From Abditibacteriaceae bacterium (lineage in GTDB: Bacteria > Armatimonadota > Abditibacteriia > Abditibacteriales > Abditibacteriaceae): a stretch of DNA of 64,000 nt. Shown piece by piece: positions 1 through 8,117 of this stretch (within the stretch, counting starts at the first letter, position 1; each line of letters begins with the position of its first letter). The DNA lies in the NCBI GenBank assembly GCA_031372065.1, contig JANMKN010000244.1:1-64000 (forward strand). The letters are read 5' to 3'. The notes beneath the pieces are model-generated. The model saw only the letters and a program-made list of their open reading frames with translations. It did not search any database and was not told the DNA's origin. Position numbers and translations under genes: made by a program.

Positions 1-656
1 GATACTTGTATTATGTAATTAGCTTGGTGCATGTTGTCTTTCCCCAAAGACACCATGCGTTGCACTGCGGGAACCATTTTGAGAAGGCGCAAGCGGTTTT
101 CTATATAACCCTTGTTCTTACCCAATAAACGGGCTGCGCCGCGCACGCTGAGACGCAATTCCTTCATCATAGTCAGCAAAGCCTCCGCTTCTTCCAACGG
201 TGGCGCCTCGCTGCGCTGCGAATTTTCCGTCAATTGGAGTAAGCGGGTCAAACCCTCCAGAGGCCTGTCAGGATTCTCCGCAAATGATGCGAGGTCACGA
301 TGGTCTATCAGACAAGGGAGCACCGGTAGTCCGAGTGCTTTGGCTGCTAAAAGCCGCTTTTGTCCACAAACAAGCTGATATTGGTGTTGTGAGTCACTCG
401 CTAAGGTGTCAATGGGTAAGCCGCTCTCGCCATCTATTGGGGAGACCAAAGGGCGCACTAACAACGCTTGTAGAATGCCACTGCCCTGAATACCTTCACC
501 CAATTCGCGCAAACTTTGAACGCTTTCTTGGAGATCAATAAGTTCCTCTGAGAGAACTGTGCGGCGCATATTAACACCTAATGCGATAGACAACGGCGGC
601 AACATCTGAAATGTTGCAACTGCATCGGTCGTGTCGTTCGAACTGCTAAATGACAT
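1..656 (-). CDS. ParB/RepB/Spo0J-like paralog, 3' end beyond the window edge (not in ORF track)
   Basis: My manual translation of the minus strand from ATG 656 stays open to the window edge: ...LRELGEGIQGSGILQALLVR...YQLVCGQKRLLAAKALGL...TENSQRSEAPPLEEAEALLTMMKELRLSVRGAARLLGKNKGYIENRLRLLK... It aligns block by block with ParB at 3216-4175. The start is uncertain (alternative ATG at 605). Confidence 0.85.
   Translation of the reverse strand, partial: MSFSSSNDTTDAVATFQMLPPLSIALGVNMRRTVLSEELIDLQESVQSLRELGEGIQGSGILQALLVRPLVSPIDGESGLPIDTLASDSQHQYQLVCGQKRLLAAKALGLPVLPCLIDHRDLASFAENPDRPLEGLTRLLQLTENSQRSEAPPLEEAEALLTMMKELRLSVRGAARLLGKNKGYIENRLRLLKMVPAVQRMVSLGKDNMHQANYIIQV
29..58. promoter_or_regulatory. 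parS-like palindrome inside the parB paralog (core TGTCTTTCCCCAAAGACA, 35-52)
   Basis: GCATG-T-TGTCTTT-CCCC-AAAGACA-C-CATGC; same TGTCT-N8-AGACA form and same codon position as the palindrome in the other parB. Confidence 0.5.
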
Positions 657-894
657 AAAGCGACATTATTTCCTTTAAGGGGATTCGTAGATCAGGCTCA
701 AGCATACGCTGGAGAAACCTCACGCAAATTTATCCAACACAAACCTATACATCGGTGGAGATTTCTTGCCATTCCCTTTTGTGGCGCATACTCCATCATG
801 GAGTTCCATCGTGGAGTATAACAGGAAAAATCCAAGGAACTCTTCAGCCGCCTGTGGCATTCTCGCAGTATAGATTCATAGGAAACTTCTTTAC

Positions 895-2261
895 CCAAAT
901 CGGGCGTAAAGCCCCCGGATTCATCCGAGGCGGGTGCCCTTTGGGCAGATAAGCCCGCGCCGTGATAGCAGCGGACATTCCTTGCATTTTAGGCGTTTCT
1001 CTGTCACCTAAAATGCGGTAAGATAAAGGGCGTGGTAATCTACGAGTTCAAAATTCAGGCGAAGGCAGGGCAGTTCCAAGCGATTGACGAGGCTATCAAA
1101 ATCTCTCAATTTATTCGGAACAAGTGCCTTCGCCTGTGGATGGATGAGCGGGGCACCAAAACCTTTGAGTTGCACCGACAGAGTTCGGTGCTGGCGAAAG
1201 AGTTTGAGTTTGCGGCAAGGCTCAATTCGATGGCGCGGCAGGCCGCTACGGAGCGAGCCGCTTTTGCGATAACGCGCTTCTACGAACGGTGCAAGTTGCA
1301 GAAAGACGGGAAGCTAACCGGCAAAGTCGGCTACCCGCAGTTCCAAAAGGACTGTCGTTCAGTCGAATACAAAACGAGCGGATGGAAGCTGAGTGAAGAC
1401 GCCAAGCGCATCACGTTCACGGACGGTTGTGGCATCGGCACTCTGAAGATGGTGGGGACGCGAGACTTGGCCGAGACTCCGCGAGACACCATCAAGCGTG
1501 TTCGTTTGGTAAAGCAAGCGGATGGCGTATATGTTCAGTTCTGCATAGATGCCACGCGGAAAGAGACAGTCGAGCCGAGCGGCGTGGCTCTTGGAATTGA
1601 CGTTGGTTTGGAGTCATTCTACACCGACAGCGAAGGCCGCAAGGTAGCCAATCCTCGCTTTGAGAAGAAGGCACGCAAGAAACTCAAGCTGCGCCACCGC
1701 AGAGTGAGCCGCAAGAAAAAGGGCAGCGCGAATCGCAAGAAGGCGCGCAATCGGTTAGGCAGAGCGTATTTGAAGGTATCGAGACAGCGTAAAGACTTTG
1801 CGATTAAGGCCGCACGGTGCGTAGTCATGTCCAACGACGTGATTGTCTTTGAAGACTTGCAAATCGCCAACATGGTGAAAAATCATTGTTTGGCACGCTC
1901 TATCAGTGACGTTTCATGGGGTCAGTTTCGGCATTGGGCAGACTACTACGGGAAGGTGTTCGGCAAGATTGTGTTAGCAGTCCCGCCGCAATACACCTCA
2001 CAAGATTGTTCGGGTTGTGGAACGCGAGTGCAAAAGTCTCTTTCGGAACGCACCCATCAATGTCCGAAATGCGAATTGGTCTTAGACCGAGACGAAAACG
2101 TAGCCCTGAATATCCTTGCAAAAGGCTTGGAATTTTGGGCAACAACAACCGAGGGGCACTCGGAAAGTTAAACGCTTGGGGAGAGAATGTCAGACTTTCG
2201 GCAACGGAAGCGGTTCTCGTTGAACCAAGAATCCCCCGGCTTCAGCCGTGGGGAGTGTCAA
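895..2261 (+). mobile_element. IS200/IS605-family (IS1341-like, tnpB-only) element 1
   Basis: Preceded by TTAC (891-894). Left-end hairpin region CGGGCGTAAAGCCCCCGGATTCATCCGAGG. Right end GAATCCCCCGGCTTCAGCCGTGGGGAGTGTCAA. Contains tnpB and no tnpA. Confidence 0.85.
1032..2171 (+). CDS. tnpB: RNA-guided endonuclease TnpB
   Basis: RuvC motifs LGIDVG, VFEDL, DRDENVALN; Zn finger CSGC...CPKC; K/R-rich bridge helix. Confidence 0.95.
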   Translation: MVIYEFKIQAKAGQFQAIDEAIKISQFIRNKCLRLWMDERGTKTFELHRQSSVLAKEFEFAARLNSMARQAATERAAFAITRFYERCKLQKDGKLTGKVGYPQFQKDCRSVEYKTSGWKLSEDAKRITFTDGCGIGTLKMVGTRDLAETPRDTIKRVRLVKQADGVYVQFCIDATRKETVEPSGVALGIDVGLESFYTDSEGRKVANPRFEKKARKKLKLRHRRVSRKKKGSANRKKARNRLGRAYLKVSRQRKDFAIKAARCVVMSNDVIVFEDLQIANMVKNHCLARSISDVSWGQFRHWADYYGKVFGKIVLAVPPQYTSQDCSGCGTRVQKSLSERTHQCPKCELVLDRDENVALNILAKGLEFWATTTEGHSES

Positions 2262-2281
2262 AATGTGATAGTATTGTAAAA
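2149..2281 (+). ncRNA. Predicted omega-RNA (reRNA) of element 1, including the flank-derived guide (~2262-2281); 5' boundary uncertain
   Basis: Overlaps the tnpB 3' end and the right end. Blocks CCGAGGGGCACTCGG, GAATGTCAGACT and GAATCCCCC...GGGGAGTGTC are shared with element 2. Confidence 0.7.
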
Positions 2282-2316
2282 ATCTATTTATTGCTCTTAT
2301 CGCTTCACCCAACTTT

Positions 2317-2634
2317 TTACTCCGTTATTCTGGCTCCTTGCCGTCTTCTCATACGATGATCTAAGGCCATTTCAAAGCTGATGAGTTCACGCAGCAACGT
2401 ATTATATCGGGAATACGCGTCACCCTTTTCCTCTTGCAACAGTTGGTAAAGCTGTAATTCGGGTTCAAGAAGAACTGAAACGTTTGGAGGCACTAGTCCA
2501 GCTTGAGTTAAACGGGGCCGGGCAATGTGAACCAAACACGCTGCTATGGTGCAGCGGTTGGATTGAAAATCAGCCAATCCCCGGCGCAGCAGGTCTTCGC
2601 CCGGAAGTCCGGCAAGGAGGTCATCGGTTTTCAT
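2317..2634 (-). CDS. Hypothetical protein, partner of the adjacent nucleotidyltransferase (possible TA component)
   Basis: 105 aa, helical; overlaps the end of the NTase gene, consistent with an operon. Confidence 0.7.
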   Translation of the reverse strand: MKTDDLLAGLPGEDLLRRGLADFQSNRCTIAACLVHIARPRLTQAGLVPPNVSVLLEPELQLYQLLQEEKGDAYSRYNTLLRELISFEMALDHRMRRRQGARITE

Positions 2635-3148
2635 CGCAGAATTTCATGACAGCACTTCGAAACGACATGGGGTCAATGGCTGGATAGCGGATCAATTGCG
2701 GTTCAATTTGCGCAAACATTTCGCGTAGCTGGTCAGTTTGAACCATTCCAGATTGTAGCATGGAGCGCACATCACGAATATCGCGTTCATGGCGGCGTTG
2801 AAGTTTGGACAAAGCCTGCCCATAAAGGTCATAGTGGAAAAATCGGACGTAACCATATTGACCGATCAACAAACTGCGCTCACGCCAACCGGGAATGGCA
2901 GGAATGAATTGATCTGGACTGGCAAGTTCCACATTGATGTCCAATTCATCTTTCAAACGCACAAGGGCTTCAAATAAACCCGGTGGTTCAGGATCGGGTT
3001 TCAGATCCACATCAATAGTCATGGCACGCCAGTTGTGCAAAACGGCGGTGGCACCACCAGTTAGATAAACAGTGCCTTCACCGAGCACGCGATTTCCTAA
3101 AGCAAACATAAATGCTTCGAGCTTAACTTTATCCGTTTCGGCGCGCAT
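2621..3148 (-). CDS. DUF6036-like nucleotidyltransferase
   Basis: VYLTGGATAV...RAMTIDVDL (GG + DxD NTase motif) and SKLQRRHERDIRD. Confidence 0.8.
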   Translation of the reverse strand: MRAETDKVKLEAFMFALGNRVLGEGTVYLTGGATAVLHNWRAMTIDVDLKPDPEPPGLFEALVRLKDELDINVELASPDQFIPAIPGWRERSLLIGQYGYVRFFHYDLYGQALSKLQRRHERDIRDVRSMLQSGMVQTDQLREMFAQIEPQLIRYPAIDPMSFRSAVMKFCDENR

Positions 3149-3215
3149 TGGCAGTGTTCACCTTCCCATCCATTCAATCTGAGTTTACCGCGATTAATAT
3201 GAAGTTATGGGTTTC

Positions 3216-4175
3216 TTATGCACACCTTTGCCCAACTCCTTCAATTCTACTAGTCAACTTTTCTAATTCGCCAATTTGGACGCGTAGTCCGGTAACGAAC
3301 TGTTGACGGAAAACTTCATCTTCTGACAAATTCTCCGCAAATTGGCCGACTCTCTGCACTACCTCTGATAATAAAACAAGAATTTCAGTGTCTGCACATA
3401 CAGACACTACGCTACCCTGCTCTACCAACTCATTTTGAGATTTTTCTTTATTCGATTGTTTGCTCGGTTCCAGCAGCTTTTGCACACGAGTTTGAATGTT
3501 GGTGAAAGCAGCACCAGTCAACGCCGATTCAATCAATTTTCGTCGGGCCGCAACCTCAGTAATCTTACAAATTTCACGCGCGTGACGAATGGTGTCTGCA
3601 CGTGCAGACACCATCGCTTGCACATCCTCTGGCGCTTTGAGCAAAAATAGCCGATTTTCTAGGTAGCCTTTGTCTTTGCCCAATCGTTTCGCGGCTTCGC
3701 GCACCGAATAGCCGCGCGATTGCATGAGTTTTTGCAAGGCATTTGCTTCTTCGAGCGGAGCCAAATCAGCGCGCAGCAGGTTTTCGATGATGGCGTGTTC
3801 CCAGGCCTCGTCCGTGTTGCTTTCGTTCACCAGGACCGGCACTTGTTGCAGTCCTACAGCTTTGGCGGCTCGCAAGCGGCGTTCGCCCGCCGTGACGATA
3901 TATTTTTTAGTGCCGTCGGCACCTTCCTCGGTGCAACTTCTCACCAAAAGCGGCTGCAAAATACCTGTGCCAGCAATGCCTTTTCCGGCTTCATGTAATT
4001 CGCGAATCGAATTTTCGAGGTCTTTAAGCGCTGCTTCATCGAAGTATTGGCGAGGTTGCACCGTTGTTTCAATTTTCCCAACATCCACCAACAGCGCGCC
4101 GGGCAATTCGCTTTCGCCCAAGGGGGCCGCGAATAATTCGCCTAATTTTTCTTGTAATTTAATATCGAGTTTCAT
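3216..4175 (-). CDS. parB: ParB/RepB/Spo0J partition protein
   Basis: QPRQYFD, GILQPLLVR, AGERRLRA (CTPase Arg patch), ENLLRADL, HTH SVREAAKRLGKDKGYLENRL; directly downstream of parA. Confidence 0.95.
   Translation of the reverse strand: MKLDIKLQEKLGELFAAPLGESELPGALLVDVGKIETTVQPRQYFDEAALKDLENSIRELHEAGKGIAGTGILQPLLVRSCTEEGADGTKKYIVTAGERRLRAAKAVGLQQVPVLVNESNTDEAWEHAIIENLLRADLAPLEEANALQKLMQSRGYSVREAAKRLGKDKGYLENRLFLLKAPEDVQAMVSARADTIRHAREICKITEVAARRKLIESALTGAAFTNIQTRVQKLLEPSKQSNKEKSQNELVEQGSVVSVCADTEILVLLSEVVQRVGQFAENLSEDEVFRQQFVTGLRVQIGELEKLTSRIEGVGQRCA
3387..3408. promoter_or_regulatory. parS-like palindrome within parB (AGTGTCTGCACATACAGACACT)
   Basis: Imperfect palindrome matching the intergenic copies at 4187-4246. 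Confidence 0.7.
3589..3614. promoter_or_regulatory. Perfect 26-bp parS-like palindrome within parB (ATGGTGTCTGCACGTGCAGACACCAT)
   Basis: Exact self-complementarity; encodes MVSARADT just after the HTH. Confidence 0.75.
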
Positions 4176-4186
4176 GGTGAATTGGG

Positions 4187-4246
4187 GTGTCTGTATGTGC
4201 AGACACTGTATGCTGTCTGCACATACAGTGTCTGCACATACAGACA
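4187..4246. repeat. parS-like cluster between parA and parB (two full TGTCTGCACATACAGACA units in opposite orientations plus a partial copy)
   Basis: GTGTCTGTATGTGCAGACAC then TGTCTGCACATACAG-TGTCTGCACATACAGACA fill the intergenic gap. Confidence 0.8.
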
Positions 4247-4250
4247 GCAG

Positions 4251-4880
4251 TTAGTTTGCCGATTTCAGAAGCAAAATTTCTTGTGCCAGGGCGCGATAGG
4301 CTTCGGCGCCGGGGCTTTTTGGTGCAAATTGAAGAATGCTTTCGCCGGCGCCAGCAGCTTTGGCAAAAAGCAACGAGCGGGGAATTACACTTTGCATTGT
4401 GGCAATGCCGGGAATGGCACGCACAGCGGCTAAAATTGTCGGCCCGTGGTCGCTGCGGCGATCTAACATGGTCACTAAAATTTTGGTTTGGAGCTGATGA
4501 TTTACCCGTTTTGCGGCGCCGATCACTTCCAAAACCCGCGCCAAACCGCGCACAGCGGGGAATTCTGCTGCGACGGGCACTAAGACGATGTTTGCCACTT
4601 TCAAAGCCATGGCTGTTTCGTCCGAGAGACTTGGAGGGCAATCCAACAAAACAAAATCATGCGACGAGTCGGCTAAAACAGAAGACAAATTGGCCGCATC
4701 GGTTACCGAAAATTGCAGACTGGGCAGATTTATGGTGTCTTCGTAAGCGGCTAAATCGCGTTGTAAATCCAGATCGCAAAGCAAAACGCGCGCTCCTGTG
4801 AGCGATAATGCCACGCCAAGGTTAATTGTTGTCGTTGTTTTTCCGACGCCGCCTTTTTGGTTCAAAACCGAAATAATCAT
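4251..4880 (-). CDS. parA: ParA/Soj-family partition ATPase
   Basis: MIISVLNQKGGVGKTT deviant Walker A, DLDLQ, LLDCPP; ATG 4880 is preferred over the longer ORF start. Confidence 0.95.
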   Translation of the reverse strand: MIISVLNQKGGVGKTTTTINLGVALSLTGARVLLCDLDLQRDLAAYEDTINLPSLQFSVTDAANLSSVLADSSHDFVLLDCPPSLSDETAMALKVANIVLVPVAAEFPAVRGLARVLEVIGAAKRVNHQLQTKILVTMLDRRSDHGPTILAAVRAIPGIATMQSVIPRSLLFAKAAGAGESILQFAPKSPGAEAYRALAQEILLLKSAN

Positions 4881-5020
4881 GAAGTAGCTGCAATTCGCGT
4901 GAAATCCGACTCTGGATTCTAATTCTAAACCAAAACGCAACTTCAGGAGAGCTAAAAATGAGTTATCCTGCTTAAGAGGCCGCATAAAACAGCAGTTTCA
5001 CGGCATTTTTAGGACTCATT

Positions 5021-6760
5021 ATGCCCACAGTCGAACAATCTTGCTTTCGCATTTCCGCTGCGGCCAAAAACAATAGGCCGCACAGCGAAGATCGCCTCGA
5101 ATATGTCGGGCCGGCGCTGGAAAAAGTCGGTGAGGTTGAGGTTTCACTGGATCGCTTGCTCTGGATTAAGAGCAAATGGCCCGAAGCCGGCCACGGTTTA
5201 GATCGCTTGCAATTGCGTTGGCCGGAAAGTGCTTCGCGTTCGCTGACGGTATTGCTCGCTTATCATGTTTCGATCAACGACGAAAGCGGCCCAGACAGCC
5301 TCAATTTTGATATCCCACCGGGATTGGTCAGTGCCGCCGGTCTTTCGGCGGCAGCACAAAAGCGACTTGATTTCACCGGTGCCAACTGGGTGACGAACAC
5401 GATTTTTCATCCGATTCCCGGCGGTGTCGGCTGCGTTTTAGGTGAATGCGCCTTCCGTTTCAGCGCGAATCAAATCGGGATTATCGAAATCAATGGCGAA
5501 AATGAAGACAGCGTATCGAATTCGCGCACAGTCACCATTACCGATTTGGAATCGCTGCACGAAACTCTCTGGAGCCGTAATCAAGCACTTGGTTACAATT
5601 TGCCGCCTCTTTTAGGATCGCCCGATACCGAAAAACCGCGTCAAACGGTGGCTTTTAGCGTTCATACCGGTCAGGAATGGACGGCTTTCATTCAAACCGC
5701 CGCCGATGGCCGCAGCCTAAAGCATTTCAAAAACAACGAGCAATCCGGCACCTTGCGTCATCAGCGCCCCAATGCGCCTTTTTGGACGGAAACTGCCCTC
5801 ACCGACGATGAACGCAACGCCGGACATGGTATCGAACTTTTGCAAAGCGCCGCTGCGGAATTAGACCTTGACGATGGCTTGGCTTGGCTTTATATTTCGC
5901 ATTTGCTGGCGCCGCCCGCGCCTTTGCCGGCCAATGCTTATGCTGGTGGCTGGGTTGATTTGGACGATGTAGCGCGCAAAACAATGGGCGGCTATGCCCG
6001 CAATCCGCAAGAAGCCATTGAGCGGAGGCGCAAAATCTGGCACGCCATTCGTTATGGCGCTCGCACACACATTGCCGGACGACGCACCGTGCCTTACTTC
6101 GATAGAGCCACCGGACAGCAGATCGAAACCGAAATTCACACTACGCCCTGGCAAATTATGAAGGAACAAACTCCGGTGCAACCGAGCTTGTTCCCCGAAA
6201 ATGACGATGCCGTGCCCGTGCGCGTCGAATTAGTGGCCTCGCGCGAATGGACAGCGCTGACGACTTCGGCTGAAACCGCGCAATACCTACCGCTCGGCGA
6301 AATTTTAGGATCGATTCCGCCCAGTCAGGCCAGCGGCGCTTGGGCACGCGCTTTGGGTATGGCGTATTTTCAATGGTGCCGCTGCAACGTGCAAAAGGCG
6401 CTAAACGGTGATCCGCCGCCACCGCGTGAATGGCTCTTGGAACAATTTCCCAGCAAGAAAACTGATTTTCGCACTGTTCTGCAAGGCACTAATCCTCAGC
6501 GCGCCCTTGAATATTGGAATGGTGCCGAAATTCATCTGGGCGAAGGCGGCATTATCATCACCAACGTATTGTCTCCTTCCCCAAGCCGACGCAAAGGCTG
6601 GCAGGAAATCTGGTTGGCAGAAGCACCCCGCTGGAAGCCCGGCCCCTTGCTTTGCCCCATTTTGGAAAACCTCAGCAACCGGCAGATGCCTCTAAGACCT
6701 CAATCTTTTGCGCCTCTCAAACGACGACGCGGACGGCCTCGCAAAAATCCCACAGAGTGA
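5021..6760 (+). CDS. Hypothetical 579-aa protein, candidate replication initiator
   Basis: Divergent from parA and immediately followed by iteron-like repeats, helicase and primase. C-terminal AT-hook-like RRRGRPRK. No known Rep motif recognised, so the function is inferred from context. Confidence 0.65.
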   Translation: MPTVEQSCFRISAAAKNNRPHSEDRLEYVGPALEKVGEVEVSLDRLLWIKSKWPEAGHGLDRLQLRWPESASRSLTVLLAYHVSINDESGPDSLNFDIPPGLVSAAGLSAAAQKRLDFTGANWVTNTIFHPIPGGVGCVLGECAFRFSANQIGIIEINGENEDSVSNSRTVTITDLESLHETLWSRNQALGYNLPPLLGSPDTEKPRQTVAFSVHTGQEWTAFIQTAADGRSLKHFKNNEQSGTLRHQRPNAPFWTETALTDDERNAGHGIELLQSAAAELDLDDGLAWLYISHLLAPPAPLPANAYAGGWVDLDDVARKTMGGYARNPQEAIERRRKIWHAIRYGARTHIAGRRTVPYFDRATGQQIETEIHTTPWQIMKEQTPVQPSLFPENDDAVPVRVELVASREWTALTTSAETAQYLPLGEILGSIPPSQASGAWARALGMAYFQWCRCNVQKALNGDPPPPREWLLEQFPSKKTDFRTVLQGTNPQRALEYWNGAEIHLGEGGIIITNVLSPSPSRRKGWQEIWLAEAPRWKPGPLLCPILENLSNRQMPLRPQSFAPLKRRRGRPRKNPTE

Positions 6761-6763
6761 ATG

Positions 6764-7060
6764 TTGTCCACATTCCCACAGTTTTAGGAATGTTTTTAGG
6801 CTTTTTTGACGATTCCCACAGTTTTAGGAATCTTTTTCGATTTTACGACGCTTTTTTTCTGCCTCTTTTTCATTTTCAGAGCATTTTTGGTGTTTTCCCG
6901 CGTTTTCCCACAGTTTTAGGAGTATTTTTCGCGTTTTTGAGAGGTCTTTCCTAAAACTGTGGGAATGTTCCTAAAACTGTGGGAAAACGCCTTCCACATT
7001 ATAAGGATCGCGTGCGCGCGGATTATTATAAAGATAAGAATCCGCAAATACGCGCGCTTG
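6764..7060. repeat. Putative replication origin: five 18-bp iterons TTCCCACAGTTTTAGGAA (direct 6773, 6813, 6905; inverted 6948, 6968), T-rich spacers, DnaA-box-like TTGTCCACA at 6764
   Basis: Repeats read directly from the sequence (the 6905 copy differs at its last base); non-coding gap between the candidate rep and the helicase. Confidence 0.85.
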
Positions 7061-7160
7061 ACGCGCGCTGATTTGCATTGTATTTTCCGTTCCACGTGTC
7101 GCGCGCCGATTTTGTCTATTTCGGCAGCCAAAAAGAGGCACTTTGCTTGGCGAGGCTAAT

Positions 7161-8111
7161 ATGGAAATGAAACCCGAAAATTTTGCGTCTGCCGCCAATG
7201 GATTTCATCGAAATGGTGCTACCAAAGCGGAATTGCAAACCGAGGCCCCTTTTTCCGCCGCACGCCCACAATTGTGCCGTTTGAGCGATTTATTGGATGA
7301 TTGGGAAAAAGAAGCCCACGAAGCCTATGAAGCGCGCATTAATGGTCAACAGCGCGGCCCGATTACAGGAATATCAACGTTAGACGCCGATTTAGGCGGC
7401 GCTTTGTGGCCGGGGCTTTATATTGTGCATGGCCAGCCCGGATCGGGAAAAACGGCTTTTGCGCTTCAGATTGCAGCGACCTGTGGTGTGCCATCGCTTT
7501 TCGTATCTTGCGAGATGGCGCCCCTTGAACTTCTAAGACGCCACACAGCGCGCGTAACAGGCACTTTTTTGCAACGATTGCGCTCTGGCGAGATGAGACC
7601 TCACGAATCAATGCAGTTGGCGCGTCGTGCCATCGCAGCGGCGCCGCAATTGGCTTTGATTGATGCCACACGTTGTCCAGCGCCGCCCGCTTATTTATTG
7701 GATTGTATGCGCATTGTGCGCGCCGAGGAACCACATTTTTTGTTGATCATAGACAGCGCGCAATCGTGGGCCGAATCCATGAACAATGGCTCCAGCGAAT
7801 ATGAGACATTAAATGCCGGATTGGCAGCGTTGCGCAATTTGGCGCATAGCCTGAATTGTCCTATTTTGGCGATTTCTGAGCGCAACCGCGAAAGTATGAG
7901 CAGCGGTGGTCTTTCAGCGGGCGCGGGCAGCCGAAAAATTGAATACGGCGCTGAAGCGATTTTAGAATTGGGGCGCGAACCCGATGCGCGCCCCGATTTA
8001 ACTGGCGAAGTTCCCGTGAAATTGCGTTTGGCAAAGAATCGTCACGGCGCGCCGGGCAAAAGTATGGCGCTGTCCTTCAATGGCGCTTTGCAACGCTTCA
8101 AAGTGGTGTAA
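7161..8111 (+). CDS. DnaB-like (SF4) helicase, C-terminal ATPase domain only
   Basis: PITGISTLDADLGG, Walker A GQPGSGKT, FVSCEM, LIIDS, IEYGAEAIL, LAKNRHG. Confidence 0.9.
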   Translation: MEMKPENFASAANGFHRNGATKAELQTEAPFSAARPQLCRLSDLLDDWEKEAHEAYEARINGQQRGPITGISTLDADLGGALWPGLYIVHGQPGSGKTAFALQIAATCGVPSLFVSCEMAPLELLRRHTARVTGTFLQRLRSGEMRPHESMQLARRAIAAAPQLALIDATRCPAPPAYLLDCMRIVRAEEPHFLLIIDSAQSWAESMNNGSSEYETLNAGLAALRNLAHSLNCPILAISERNRESMSSGGLSAGAGSRKIEYGAEAILELGREPDARPDLTGEVPVKLRLAKNRHGAPGKSMALSFNGALQRFKVV

Positions 8112-8117
8112 TGCGTC

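Noticed and set aside
112..952. Short track ORFs at 112-378, 200-541, 698-898 and 755-952
   Set aside because: The first two are antisense to the parB paralog; the others lack motifs and run into the IS left end.
4159..4801. ORFs with repeated VCMCRH/VSAHT peptides
   Set aside because: Translation by-products of the parS-like DNA repeats, overlapping parA/parB.
6773..6985. CRISPR array
   Set aside because: Repeats are only 18 bp, irregularly spaced and in both orientations, with low-complexity spacers and no cas genes; iterons fit better.
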